From Callorhinchus milii (lineage: Eukaryota), in the NCBI RefSeq assembly GCF_018977255.1, contig NW_024705371.1, positions 1-51,065 on the forward strand: DNA of 51,065 bases, written 5' to 3'. Made by a program: the position numbers and the translations under genes. The notes beneath the pieces were generated by a model. That model saw nothing but the letters and a program-made list of their open reading frames with translations. It had not been told where the DNA came from and did no database searches. Below, in pieces: positions 1 through 13,849 of this stretch. The number at the start of each line of letters is the position of its first letter. Position 1 is the first letter of the stretch.

Positions 1-3000
1 ATTGATATTCGAACTCACATTTTGACATAATACCAGCTGTTTTGCATTGCTTTATTTTTGGGCATCACACTCATTAAAAGAAAAGCGGAATTGTGCAGAA
101 CATTCGCGGAAAAAGGGAATGCCGCTCGTGAAGAGTAGCTGACAACCAAAGGGGAGAAGGAATGATGCCATTAAGGCGTACTTCTACGTGTAGGTGTATA
201 CGTGACGAATTGCGGTCACACAGCTGCAGAAACGGTTGCGTCAGCACGACAAAGGCGTCATTCAAATGAATGATGATGATTTTGATTGCTTGGACTACTG
301 TACTTGATTTAGTGCATTCCCGTCAAATTAATTTTAGAGAGCACCATTCGTTTTGTGCTTTTTGTTGAGGTAAATTGCAAGTCCTTTTCTGCTTTCGGGT
401 GGCTTATATCAGAATCTTGATTTATCCTGGAGAAATCCGATGAGCTATGAAGCTCTTTTTTACAGATTTCCAGTAGGGGCGGGTCACAAATTTACAACAC
501 CCAACAATTACAAAAAAACGATCGAGTGCAAAGCACAGGTAAAGGAGAGCAAATCACTAAAAATAAATAGGTAACACGATTAAGTATATAATTTCAAATT
601 GCATAAGTACACAAATTCCCAAGCTTGGGCAAGGCAGAAAAACAACAAGAGTCCCAGACAACACCAATACAACACAAAGTCCCTCAATAAAATCTCACAT
701 TACAATTGAAATCTCGGTACATGGATGACAGTTACAAATATATATACAAATGCGGTTGTATCCAGCAATCGTCTTCTGCTTCACGATACATTTCCTCATG
801 CAGGACAGATCACCGAGCCGGAATCTCTGCAAGCCTCAGCTCAGATCCTAGGTTGCCACGCGCCATGCACGGGGTTGTCCTCTAATTGCCTCGGTGCGGT
901 TACGAAATGAATAAATAGACAACAACGCCTCGAAGGAGTGTTGGTACGAACGCTTAAATTCGTTTTGCTTAACCGTGGGTACATTTATTGGGGTAAGGCA
1001 TAGAGCAACACGCTCTCTTTGCTGCACAGTTAAAAGTGCCTGGGAATGAATGAGCTGAAAAGGCAAACTTGAGAGTGCATGGTTGTATACTTGAATTGTG
1101 TCTGTGCTTTGAAATATGTATAGTGGCCCGTCTGTGCATAGCATGATCAGAAATAAAGTGAAGATGCCCCCCTCGCTCTCTATCTACACTTGACGGCATC
1201 ATTACAATTGTGTAACGGTTGTAGAAACCCTTCTCAAAAGTTGTTCCCTCTGCTTCTGTTAATAAAGCGGACAAATCCTGTGTTATTGTGTACTCCGGGT
1301 ATATACTATGACAAAGGGTTGGCTTTCGCTTTTAATATAACAAGCCACGTTGTAAGATATAGATACAATCAGGTGGAATGTGAGATAGCTGACACATTTT
1401 TAGATACCTTTTGAGTCAAAACATATATATATTAGCAAAGTTGGAAGTAACAGAGCATTACAGTATATATTAGATAATTGTTAATGAATAGTATGAAATA
1501 ATAACATTATTCCAAATACAGTGATGGTATTCCCCTTTAATATATTTCAAGATATCTGAAGCTCTGTGGCTGCTGGTGCACTTCATTAAAAACCGAAATT
1601 TTTTTATCACAAGTTTCACCAATTTAAATTCTTCACGCTTTTTTTTATTGTATTTACTACGGGGGGGGGGAGTTGAAATTTGTGTTTTATTACAGACGTG
1701 CAAGCCATGCATTTTGTATAATTTGCTGCTAAAGAGATTCATGCTGTAAGACGTTGCCATCCCATGATGACCCTCCTGGTGCCAAGTGGAATGGTCACGC
1801 CGTGCAGTAACGCGAGATATTTTGCCTCGGGTTGTGATGGGAAAACATTACATTGACCGCACAGCAACGCAGGTCCTCTTGTGCTTAACCAGTACCGGGG
1901 AGGCAAATATAAGGGCCAATGTAATAATGGCACGGGACATCTGCTGGAACAAATACTTCTCTGCAGAGGTTGGTGGACCTCATCTGTTGCTCGCTCCACG
2001 AGGTGTGTGAATGGGGAGAGGCACACAGAACCCTTTTCAGGTTGGGTTTTACCTTGGGGAGGGTATTCGTTTCGATCTGAATAGACTTATTGGTGCCCGT
2101 GTGATGTTTGGCCTTGCGTTAGTGGTAGGAATTCGGTACATGCCAGACGTCTCGGTGGAAACAGGGACACAATAAGCACGCAAATAAAAATGAAACTCTC
2201 CGCACAGAACAAATAATAATTTAACATTTTAACACCTCGTAAGTTATATATAGGATGCAGCTTTGAAGAACACTTTTAGTGAGCGCGATGTTGTCTCCCA
2301 CTGTTGCTATATTAAATTAATAACAACAGATAAACAGACAAGATGCCTTTTTTCCCCTTTATCTGTCTTTCCACGTAAAACACAAGAGCAGTATTTTTCT
2401 CGCACATCCCAAACGGGAAGGAGACGGATTGCTTTTTTATATTGTTATTTATATTCTCCACAACGACGCTATTGATTATGTTGTGTTATGGATTTCAGAA
2501 TATACTTTGTATGAACTATTACCTGTAGCTCAAAGAGAGAGAGAGGCTCCTTCCCTCTAAAGGTGGCACGTTCACCAGCATTGGTTTAAGCAAGCCTGAC
2601 TGCTGATGGGACATTGAATGTCGAAACCGGTCCACAATGCAGTGCGATTATTGGGTTGTGTCAAGAAAAGACAATTTTCTCTTTTTCAAGTGGAGAGACA
2701 GACATGGAAAGCTTATTATCGGCTTATTTTGTCACGTACATTCTCCACAACGATGCTGGTGATTGCGTTTTGTTCTGTATTAAATGCATAGATACGCATT
2801 AAGTCAAATTGACAAAAGACAAACCACTCGTTAAACTAAAAATGTTTTTAGAAAGACAAACTTTTATGACGCTGAAATTGTCAGCGATTGACTTTCAGCC
2901 CATTTCAGGAATGTATTTTCTTCTATGAGCTGTTGAAGTCACGGTGCATTTTAAATGTAATTATAATGGTGTTAATCCTAACTCAGGAAATCTGATATTT

Positions 3001-3067
3001 GGTAAAACATTGAACAGCAAAAATGGAACGATCGCAATAGTCCATCGCCAAAGCGGACATTGTACCA

Positions 3068-3720
3068 CCATTGGTATTGACCACGTCCGTCCAGTGTTTG
3101 CTGAGCTGCATTGGTTTCCGGTTACCGGACAAATACATTATAAGATGGCACTCATTACACACAAAGTACTTGCCACAAATGAACCACAATACATTGCTGA
3201 TCTAGTCAATGAGCATAAACCATCACGCGAACTCCAGTCACCCTCACAACGGCTTTGGGCTTGCCATCGAACAAAGACGGGCAATGCATCGCATGCTTTC
3301 AGATGCGCTTCTGCAACCATCTGGAATTTCTACATTAGGGCCGTCCATAAATGACGTCACGCACCTGGGGGGTGGTCAGACATTTGTGACGATGGTGACG
3401 GGGGGGGGGGGAGAAATGTGACGTCACATCAAAATGCGCAACTCTAAATAAATATAGAATTGTTAAATAAATGTTTTCTCCTTCGACAATAGTTTAAAGC
3501 GATTTGAAGCATGTTTTCTTTTTTTTGGGGGGGGGGGGGCAGAGCTTTGTGACGTCATATTTGAGCTGGGGTCTGACTTTTTGTGACGCCGTGTGACGTG
3601 GGGGGGGGGTCAAAATCGTCAAAAATCTCGTTACGTCATTATGGACGGCCCCTTATGATATTAGGAAGCCACTGGAGCTACGCTTTTTAAATCACAGATT
3701 GAAAACGAAAAATTTTAGAA
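3068..3720 (+). mobile_element. L2/CR1-group LINE 3' ORF2 fragment, interrupted by a MITE
   Basis: Translation DHVRPVFAELHWFPVTGQIHYKMALITHKVL...PQYIADLV...PSREL...AFRCASATIWN matches the typical L2 C-terminus (HITPVL..LHWLP...YK...PSYL...RAF...WN). A DIR...LKT-like continuation follows the MITE. Confidence 0.8.
3338..3652. mobile_element. PIF/Harbinger-type MITE
   Basis: TIR GGGCCGTCCATAAATGACGT ... ACGTCATTATGGACGGCCCC, flanked by TTA at 3335-3337 and 3653-3655 (3-bp TWA-type TSD). Confidence 0.85.
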
Positions 3721-5019
3721 CTGATTTTGTGTTTCATTTGTTGTCCTTCCCAACGCACCTTCGATTTGCACGGTTGGTTATGTACGGTGCGAAAGACGTT
3801 CAACGCACATACATAAGGTAGATAACGTTACGCGCACCGATGGATTTATATCGCTATTAAGCGTGAATTACTTGTAAAACCCCACTCGTTTCCATTGGTT
3901 ATCCTATAATCCACTGTTATTGTCCACATCAAGACATTGGAATCGCTAAAGCTATGCCACCTCAAGCAGTACTGTCAAGTAATATATCTGGTTTGGCCCA
4001 TGAATTGTAACTCTGCAACTGTGTTGGTAAATTAAACTGTAAAAGAAGTTCCCGATCACACACTCTGTCTTACAAACAGCACAATTCACTGAAATGTGCT
4101 TGGGTGAAGCCACAAATTCACTCCAAACGTTAAGCACACTCCAACGGTTGTGTTTTAGATAGAAATGTCTGAAATGGCGCTTTAAACAGCTCATTGTCAC
4201 TTTGTTATTAGAATTAAATATTCATATGGAACTTAAACCAATAATTTATTGTTCCAGTTCATATGTACCGTGTGTCATTCTAGCAGACTGTGCATATATA
4301 CATTTCAAATCAGCTGTCAGTGGGAAAACTGCTCGCTTTTCTCTCGTATTCAAATGCACTGTCAGAGTGAACGAGAGGCAATGATGCACATTATTTATCC
4401 ATACCAGGGATGTGGAATTTGTTAATGTAACAGGAGATTGTTTCTCTGGCCCTCGTCAAGGGGCGTCTGTCTCCCGAGAATTATCCCGTGTTACCGAAGA
4501 ATTACACATCTACGCAAATTTTTTTGTACCAGCTGAAGACATCCCGGGAAGGAAAAGGGGGCGAGGATTGGAGCACATGCGAGACCACGTTAATTATAGA
4601 ACAGCCACGGGCCGTTGACCTTAGACGCCCCGTGATGCATTATAAATGACGGCAATGCCCGGCTTGCCCACTCGGCCTCGTGTAGATCTCAACAATCGAA
4701 AGCTGCTAAACATTGAGTTACGGTAACCTCCCCACGTAGGAACTTACAACAACAGAAAAGATGAATTCACAATTGTTAGAGTTATAAGCTCAGACCGTTA
4801 CACCGATTTGGAAAGTTAGCATGCATTCATCATACTTTTCCCTCTCGGGTAAAGGATATATTGTATTGATATGCATGCCATTTCTTGCACGTGTATATTT
4901 AATGAAAAAAATGTATATCGCTGTGCATGAGTGCTTCAGCAGCTAATGGAAATTCGAATGAAGTTCGAGATGGAATGTATGATGATGTTCTGGAATGGAT
5001 TAGAAACCTTAAATTTGTT

Positions 5020-5420
5020 ACAAATATAATGGTTTTATAAGCAGGCTTTCACGACCAATATTATGATTCCTAATTGGGTTTTTGGTTAGGTCGTGTAAAG
5101 CACCTGGATCAGGAAGCACTTTCACTCGAGATATGAGGATGCTGGATGTAATCTCCAGTGAAAATTCGTACCTCATGTAAATGTTGTGAGATTCCTCTCC
5201 AGTGCACCGGTGGTGCACGCATGTATGTGTGTCTGTATGTTGGACGTCTTTCGCACTGTACATTACCAACAGTTCTCATCAGAGGTATGGGGAAGGACAA
5301 CAAACATCAGCTGAAGCAGTAATAATACGTGACACTCTTATTAATTGCTGTGTCAGTTAGAGGAGGGTTTAGGAAACATTTTTACACGACCTAGCCCAAA
5401 ACCCAATTATGAAATATAGT
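5020..5420 (-). mobile_element. PLE terminal repeat (family C-related) with hammerhead motif and an inverted tail fragment
   Basis: Minus strand reads CTGATGA-gaactgt..acagtgc-GAAA-gacGTC, then tail ...tttacacgacctaaccaaaaacccaatt...tattggtcgtgaaagcctgct. An inverted copy of the tail lies at ~5378-5415. The tail resembles 28095-28170 and 41120-41180. Confidence 0.6.
5243..5282 (-). ncRNA. minimal type I hammerhead ribozyme motif
   Basis: CUGAUGA core, 6 of 7 bp in stem II, GAAA, GUC cleavage triplet. Confidence 0.55.
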
Positions 5421-6189
5421 AGTGTTTCCACGTTATCTTCGTATTTAAAACAACATTAAATTTACCTGAGCCATAATACCTTTCGAACGTTAACATGTGT
5501 AGGTCTACTTATGGTTACATATGAACGGTTGGAAGGGTGCCGAATACAATTACGTATGACATTGGATTTCCAATAACTCAATTTTTCTCCATACTTTTTG
5601 GAAGTCTGCGACACTAAAAATTGACAAATGGGCCACTATTTATTCGTAGAGTATTTCATAACCCTCTACTCTATAAAGTTCCGGAATTACCTGTGCAGGT
5701 CTTCAGCTGTCCCATATCTAACGTGCTGCTTGGGGGAGGTTTAAATTATGTGACTGTACATCGCTCAGCCGGGTACAATAACGAGTATAAGTGATAATTA
5801 AGGCGTGAACCTAAGTTGCCGTACGTATGTCAGGTCAACATGTGTCGGTTGACGTGCAACGAGGAGAGGTGTCTCTTGATATTGTAAACTCGCCTTTCTG
5901 GTGAGACGTGGCGTAGTGGAAACACGAACAAAGTATTTCCCATGACGAAATATAATCCCAACAGGAAACATTGATCAGGGAGGCGTTTAGTTCGATGGAT
6001 TTATCACTGCTTACATTTGGCAAATTAAACACACCTTTACGTGGATAAACCGACAATCCATTATGCATCTGGCGAGCTAAGCGTTTCACAATATTGCTGA
6101 TGCTCATTTGTGTACACTTTTTATTGGTTATGTTTCATTGCGGTCGGAACGCAAGCCCGGTGCAACACGCTCATTTGCCTGCACCCCTC

Positions 6190-6395
6190 CAGGTGGCGTG
6201 CAATCGGAAGGTTCTTGAGTTCAACTCCTAGCTGGAGTTGACTCGGCCCATCATCCCCTCAGGGGTCGATAAAACTATTTGAGGAGCAGTTGCTCTCCTA
6301 TGGGTAGACTTCTCCTCGCCTATCGATTAAGGTCTGTATGGAGATGAGAACTGCCTCAACGCCCATATGAGCAGGGAATCGCTTTGACGTTTTGA
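6190..6395 (+). mobile_element. decayed tRNA-derived SINE
   Basis: B-box-like GAGTTCAACTCC followed by GTTGACTCGGCCCATCATCCCCTCAGGGGTCGATAAAA, which resembles a conserved central SINE domain; simple (TTTGAC) tail. Confidence 0.45.
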
Positions 6396-7200
6396 CACTT
6401 ATGTATTGATGAAGTGAGAAGCACATTCAACTTTCAGACAGTTTTGTCGTGGTGTGTGATTAGTTGGTTGGGATTTACTGCAGAATCCGAGTTCTACTGG
6501 GCTAAAATCCTAAGAAGGCCTCGTCTTACGTCTTCAGCTCAGAATCTCAAACTTTGTAGCTGAGATCACAACATATAGGGAGTCTTTTTAATACTAGTAG
6601 GGAGTGTGTGTTGAGGCCATGTTATGACTATTTCATGATTTCTAAGACATTGCAGAGTGGAGGCGCAAATGTAATGCATTATACACTTCGCGAGAATCAT
6701 TGCCACATCAATACTTAAAATAGGTCTCGGTTAGCGCAGCTTGTAAAGTTTTAAGATTGTTTCTGTGACCTCGAGCCTGGAATTTAATGCATTAGCTGGA
6801 GGAGTAAGAATAACAATTTTTTAAAGCCTGTATTACACATAAATTCACGAGGGATGGTTTCCCACTCTGTAATAAAAGGGACTGCATTGGAAATGTCTAA
6901 TAAACTCAATGAGTCTTTATTTGACATGCACTATCAAGGGAAATCAAGACGTATACAGCCTAAGTGCAAAACTGATATCTGGCTTGAGAATAAAAAATCT
7001 ACGCTATTACAATACTTAAACCCATTTAGATGGTGCTGCAGAGACAAGGAAATAAACACCGTCTGAATGTATACGAAAAGCAGATGGCATCACTCTCTGC
7101 AAATATTTGAACCAACGACATATATTCACTTAATTTGCATTGTTACATTGTAAATGATGGTCTGTCCCTCTTGGGATTATTTAGTGTACAATAGCATATC

Positions 7201-7848
7201 TTGTTGAAGAGGCACGTTGATCTTCAAAGCGGCAGGTTGATTTCAGAGACACGTTGGAGATCAAATAGACACGTGGTGTTCAAAGAGACACGTGGTGTTC
7301 AAAGAGACACGTGGTGTTCAAAGAGACGCGTTGATGTTCAAAGAGACACGTTGATGTTCAAAGAGACACGTGGTGTTCAAAGAGACGCGTTGATGTTCAA
7401 ATAAACACGTTGATGTTCAAAGAGACACGTGGTGTTCAAAGAGACGCGTTGATGTTCAAAGAGACACGTGGTGTTCAAAGAGACACGTGGTGTTCAAAGA
7501 GACACGTGGTGTTCAAAGAGACACGTGGTGTTCAAAGAGACACGTGGTGTTCAAAGAGACGCGTTGATGTTCAAAGAGACACGTTGATGTTCAAAGAGAC
7601 GCGTTGATGTTCAAAGAGACGCGTTGATGTTCAAAGAGACACGTGATGTGCAAAGAGACACGTGTGTTCAAAGAGACGCGTTGATGTTCAAAGAGACGCG
7701 TTGATGTTCAAAGAGACGCGTTGATGTTCAAAGAGACACGTGATGTGCAAAGAGACGCGTGGTGTTCAAAGAGACACGTGGTGTTCAAAGAGACACGTGA
7801 TGTTCAAAGAGACACGTGGTGTTCAAAGAGACGCGTTGATGTTTAAAT
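7201..7848. repeat. minisatellite, 19-20 bp unit (GTGGTGTTCAAAGAGACAC / GTTGATGTTCAAAGAGACGC), roughly 30 copies
   Basis: Directly visible head-to-tail array with a few unit variants and degenerate left edge; no spacers. Confidence 0.95.
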
Positions 7849-7985
7849 AAACCTTGCTTAAACGCACTTGGCTCAATAATCTATAAGTCTATGCAAGAGA
7901 TTTTACCTTGGTATGTGTGTGCAACTATAGGTGCGTGTTTGTCCCAGCCTTGGCATCGGCACAGTGGTGACGTCAGCACCACTTA

Positions 7986-8275
7986 GTGGCGCCGCAGTGG
8001 CGAGATTTTAATTATCTCGCCTGGTATACAGGGGGTCGTGGGTTCGATCCCGTCCCTGACGCCTGCGTATTTGGAGTTTGCATGTTCTCACCATGGTCGT
8101 GTGGATCTTTCTCTGGGTCCTCTGCCTTTTCTCCGCCACGTTTAGAAACACGCGTTTCGAGGATTTGGCTACAATACATTTCCACATGATAAGCCACTTC
8201 ATTGAGATATCATTTGCGGCCAGGTCGCTTCTGAAAATGAGCTGTATAGCTCAGTGGGCCTTACCTGGTAAAATC
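7986..8275 (+). mobile_element. tRNA-derived V-SINE-like element (family B)
   Basis: A-box-like TGGCGCCGCAGTGG, B-box GGTTCGATCCC, V-domain-like TGGAGTTTGCATGTTCTC..., LINE-like tail CTCAGTGGGCCTTACCTGGTAAAAT. Three more copies in the window. Confidence 0.85.
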
Positions 8276-9544
8276 TAAATTGTTTAGCTTTTTTAGTTTC
8301 GTCGCGAATGGTGGTTGTTGTTGTTGTGTGTTTTCGAGGGTATATGTGTGTAATGTGGGAAGTGATATGCGTCATGCACTTTGCTACTAACTCAGTGACC
8401 AAGATAAGATTGCCAAATCACACGCATTGATGTGGTGAGTGTTTTCGGAATCTGGACCTCTAGTAAGTTGACTCAACGGGCACCTTGCGCATTAAGTGCA
8501 CACTCTCAAATGTTTATTGCAGGGAATCCACCATTGGTTCAGCTTTAACTTCGCCCGAGCACTCTAACTTGGTAAGTGAGCCATTTCGCAGGTATGACAT
8601 CGCACCAATCGTCGAATCAGCCCGACATGGTTGCATGCAGGGCAATAGGCTGACTCCCCGCAAAAAAAACATTTATTTTTGCACCTAACTTTTGGTGAAA
8701 TGGTGACCAAATAAGCGCTACATGAATCAGTTCCACTCTTTTGGGCTCCCGTCTCGAGTGTGACGAAAGGCAATTGGCTGAAACACTCAATTCTCTACAT
8801 GCTTCTGTTATAAGGCAGCAGTTATAAGGAACGTGGTGATGTGTATGCGTGTTTTATGCTTGTATGCCGCTGCTAGCACAGTTTCTCATGTTGTATTTGT
8901 TAGACTGGTTTTCGTGGTGTAACTGGTGACATCGAACTCACTGCACAGGAGAATTTTGTTTTTTATCACAGGTGGTTACACGGGCTTGAACCCACAACCC
9001 ACCCACCCATCAATGTCACTTTGAAATTTAGAATGCAGTCACACATGTTTTGTGAACACCATCGGGGAGTATTTATTCCACACACGTTACCAGTCATGAA
9101 TCAGGAATGGAATACAACTACACCATAGTGTTGTAAAACTTTAGCAATGAAATACATTTAAAATTGTGTTACGACAGAATACATTTAAACTTAATTCAGA
9201 TGAACACATTCACGTATTTACACTTTTCCATTGTATTTCCCCATCCTCACACCTTACTCTCAAGGTGTATGAATCAGAATTGAACTTTTATATCTAAACT
9301 GACACCTTTTTTTTTGGCACAACAGCAGCTGCTGCCGTCGACGGAGGCGCATCAGCAGTTCTCAATCTCTTCACACCTGCAGGCTAGAGCCGTCCATAGC
9401 AATAATGTAAGACCCTTGAGCCCTATGGTCAAAACCCATATGACCTGGGAAGCATCAAACATTTAACACAGTTGCTGACCGTGGCTATTCAGGCCTCCGA
9501 GAACTACAGTGTGTGATTATGATTTGTGTGCGTGTGCTAAACTG

Positions 9545-9790
9545 TGGGGTGTGGTGGTGTAGCGGTTTGCGTGCTGCGCTACGAACTCAGCCACCCGGGT
9601 TCGATGTCCGCTCACGGCCATCACCAGTGGCAATTATCTGAACCAGTCCTGGGCCTCTCCTAGGTCGACTCAGCCTCAAATGAGTACATGGTGTGCAAAC
9701 ATTGCAACTAGGAAAATAAAGGCGGCTAATGTGGTGTTGGCCACCCATCACCTCGTGTGCCGTGCCAGCCTTTATAGGTGCTCGCTAAAT
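9545..9790 (+). mobile_element. tRNA-derived SINE (family A)
   Basis: A box TGGTGTAGCGG, B box GGTTCGATG, body AATTATCTGAACCAGTCCTGGGCCTCTCCTAGGTCGACTCAGCCTCAAATGAGTA shared with copies at 27255, 47430 and 50942. Confidence 0.8.
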
Positions 9791-12700
9791 TGTGGTCGCG
9801 TGTGTCTCAGATTATGTTTAAAATGTAGTTCTATCGTTAAAAGCAGAATGACAAGAAACACAGACGTAATTAAATACTGCCTATCGATATTTGAATTAGG
9901 ATCTGAATGGCATTGTAATTCAGACATCCATCAATACGTGTATCTCGTGAGGAATCACAACCACACAATCAACCGCTTGCTTTTCTGCCCACCCCAGCTA
10001 ACGTTGCATCCCCTAAAAAACACCAACTTGCATTTTGGAACAGTGGCAATTCATGCAGCTATTCGCTGTATTGATCATCCCTGTTTCTGTATTTGGTTTT
10101 CTTAGTTGTATGTGAAATGACAACCATATTTTTAAGTATTTCAGAGAAGTGTCTTAAAATTAAAATGGTGTTTTTTTTAGAAAACGACATTAACACAATC
10201 CGTACATAATGTCAGGTTCTTAATGGCTTTAAAGCAATTACAATCAAGACAGGTTGAAGTGACATGAATACAGATCCGGTGTCTTGTGCGGTCAAATGAG
10301 GATTAGATGCAGCTGGAGCAACGAGTTGATGAACAGGTCGATGGAACGATACCAGTACCACCACCTCCACCACGAATATTAACTTCAAAAGAGACTTTGA
10401 GAGGTTTTTATCCATTAGGAAGCAGCAATGGACATCTTCAGCGAGCATGACTCAAATAGAAAAACGCAGCTCGGGAGTGAATAGGACATTAATCAGTGGC
10501 ATTCGCTGCTGCAAGAAGCTGTAACCAGCAGCAGAAGAAATATTCTGTACAGTTGTCTTTGGACATATTTTTTTTTGTTACATTCTGCAACGAAGCCAGA
10601 AGGTGGGGAGGAGAGAGCCAACCTCCTCTGGTGAACATTCCCATGCCCCCAGGATCATCGTCAGATCCAGCACCGCTGCTCACCCCAACAGGTCTCGATC
10701 AGCAAACTCTTGAACCATCTCGGATACGTTGTATCTAATTATATCTATTATGAGTTAATATATACGTCAAACTTTTAATCAAATGCATTTTTCTACAGTA
10801 AATGACATTTTTTGTCTCGTTTTTTTTTCTTCCAGAAATGTCGGCGAGGAATGCAACCCCTGATTTTAACATTACGTCTTAAGAAACGATAATTTTTCTT
10901 GAAGTAAATTATATTAGAGTAGCTTTGCCCAGGAATGCATCCCTTAAATATAGCGGGGGTTCCTGAACCTTAGCCCTCTGCTATTGGCTTTTTTAAATCA
11001 AACATATTGGTCACACTGCTCGTGTTAAGCATACATTATCTGCCCCATAGAATTTGAAACACTGCATTGCTCTTTGGTGTGTCATTAGGCTGTACGGGAT
11101 GGCGTCCGTCGTTCCGCTCTGCATTCTGAGAGCTTCTTCAAAAACGGAATCGAGGCACTTGTGTTCTCACTCCATTACGCCGAGTTGCTGCTGGTGCTCC
11201 TGCTGGTGTCTGCTGTAGGCTGACCCGTGTTTTTATATATTTGTTTCATCTGGAAGCCTACTGGAGCACGCAGAGAAAGCTTATAACTCGTGCCTACGTG
11301 GAGAAACCGGAGGACGGGAATACCTCGCAGAACACAGGGGTTTCATTTCTAGAAAATGCCGTGTTGGGCAAAACCGTGTTTGCCAAATTGTCTAGGGATT
11401 GCAATTTAAAATACGTCGGGGTGATTTCAGACAAAAATAATAACGTTAGATACCTTTATTGAGCTTTAATTAATGGCAGATGTTATTGGGTAATCGTATA
11501 ATTAGTGGTTTATTTAGGTGTATTTGCACAATAGTTCACATTAATTGAAAGATTAAACTAATTGCTTTGAGTGCTTCACTTACAAAACAACAGCAAATTA
11601 AAATCAAACTCATTGTCATTCCTTAGCGTGCTGTAGTTTTTAAAGTATGAAAATAGCCGTCTTTCTGGCAAGAGCAGGTCTCTACATCGAAGGAGTTCCC
11701 CGTTGTTCTGTAGGTCAGCAAGGTTGCTGACCTTTGTCTGTTGGGACTAATTAATATTGAATTGTAAAGCGAGGTAAAATTTAACACTTCGAGTTGATAC
11801 ATGTGCAACATGTGCATGTGGGCCATTGAAAATTCACACATATTTGCATCTCCCCTTCAGATATGCTTGCAATTAAAATTAGAATGGTACTATTACTCCT
11901 GTTACTTTACAGTGGGATGCTACCATCCTGCAATGGTGAACAGACTAGACATGCAACACAGAGGCTGCCAGTTGTATCTACCGGGCGGGTTGTTAAAATA
12001 ATTGACAGCAGTATAAATGGGTGCTTTAGAGTTGGTTGATCGGTAGGTCGCTTGTGGTGGCGAAAAGCATAGAGCCAGCGTGGAAGAGGAGGGGAAATAT
12101 CCTATTGAGAGGATCTCTGAAACGCCTTCTAAGTAGAGGTCCATCCGCCTCGAGTAGTGTGAGCAAGGACCTTCAGGGCTGCGTTTTTGCTATTGCAATG
12201 GGAACAAGTTAAAGTATCCATCATTTGAATCAGTAGTTTAAAGGTAGAAGAGGTGGAAATTCCACATTCTTATTGCGGGGAAATGTATATCCATGGGACA
12301 ACCATGAGAAGCAATATGCTGCATAAATACAGTAATGTATGCACAGCAAGGACACAGACTACCAAGGAGTATTTTCAATGCAGGGCATTCCACAGTGTCG
12401 TGTTACCAAGGGATCACTCAGAGACAGAGGGCGTCTTCATGTAGCCTTTTGTTTCTGCATCTTTGCAGAATTTCAAGCGTCACGCGGATATTCTAATTTA
12501 GGTGCTTGTATTTTTTTTCAAGCACCATCATTTACATACTTCACATGGAACGTCAGGCCAACGTTGGTCCAATGGTTCCAACCGCTTGCAAACGTTGGCC
12601 CGACATTGCAATGCTTCCTGGGATTATTTCTCGATGTGCAAGCAATATCACTTGACATGTGCACCAAATTTTCACAGAACTGCAAACGCAACGATAACCA

Positions 12701-12791
12701 ATCGCTGCAGTGCACAAATAAACATACAAATACATGCGATGAAACAACAAGGATTCAGGACCTGCCGTTTTCCTCATAATGCACCAGTCAC

Positions 12792-13357
12792 TGTTAACCG
12801 TGTAATGACAGGGTGACACCTGCTGGCATGACAGGGTGACACCTGGTAGCCTGGGAAGGGATTCACGGGTACAGACACAGAAGTAACAACCAATCAGGGA
12901 AGGAGGCGCATCTGGGGCAAAGGTAACAGGTCGGGTTAGCCGAGATACTCTGGGAACCTGCTCGAAGGTTCCAGGAGAGGACGTGGCCGGAGGCTGGGCC
13001 TAGCTATGCCTGGGGGGATATAAGGGGGAGCAGACCCAGAGCTCGGGGTTCGTGTGCGGGGTCCTGGGTCCTGGCTGTGTCGCTGTTCACTGACATCTCT
13101 CTCCGTCTTCCGACCACGTGGACGATCTCCTGCTTGGTTTCTATTGCCGTCATCGTCATGCCGCCAGCCAGCGGCGTGGCGAGTGAGGGCGAGGGGACCA
13201 CGCCGAGTGATTGGTTGTGTGTAGCCAGTAGAGACATTAATATCGAGTGTTGTACTCAGTATGAGCAAGAATAAGTGTTGGCCTGTGTTGTGCCCAATGT
13301 GAGTAATAAAATAAGAAGTACCATCTACACGACGTGTTGCAGAAGTAGCTCATAACA
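12792..13357 (+). mobile_element. probable solo LTR
   Basis: TGT..ACA ends (TGTTA at 12792 or TGTAATGA at 12801; TCATAACA ending 13357), internal 18-bp duplication, CCAAT (~12890), GATATAAG TATA (~13017) and AATAAA (~13305) in LTR order. No TSD found. Confidence 0.5.
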
Positions 13358-13849
13358 ATAGTAAAACATATATATTTAGTCTTTTTGTGAATCGATCTAA
13401 CTTCGTCGATGCAGTAACATGGCCAGGCAAATCGTTTAGAAAAATAGCAATATCACACCACGCATGCTTTGACGTTAGCACGAGGTGTCTGAAAAACTTT
13501 GTGCCCAAAACTGCAGTGCTGCGCCAACCGGTGTGCCGCCATGATGATGTCCCGGGTGTGCCGTGCTATTGTTTGGAATTATAGGAAAGGAGAGAGCATC
13601 ACCGTTCACAAGTGTGGAGTACAAACTCTCCGTTTGGACAGACACACTCTCTTCAGTGACTTATCCAGCAACCACCCCCTAACACCCCACCCTCCACTCT
13701 CTATTTAGTGATGGCGCAGTATGGCAGACGGCAGTCAGCCCCACTCCCGGCCCCCTCAACTCCTTCGGTCGCACAAACGCAGTGTGCCATGAAGATTGAG
13801 TAAGCTTGGAAGAGTGTGCTGTGGTATGACATAGGTTGATAAGCACTGC

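Noticed and set aside
700..2160. Short ORFs as host exons or TE proteins
   Set aside because: No recognisable motif in the frames I translated and no consistent splice structure.
7201..7848. CRISPR array or coding repeat (ORFs 7201-7404, 7410-7607)
   Set aside because: Units are contiguous with no unique spacers, there are no cas genes, and the context is eukaryotic; the ORFs are by-products of the repeat.
12095..12135. Additional hammerhead (CTATTGA..GAAACGCC)
   Set aside because: Core and cleavage triplet are both wrong, and no PLE tail is adjacent.
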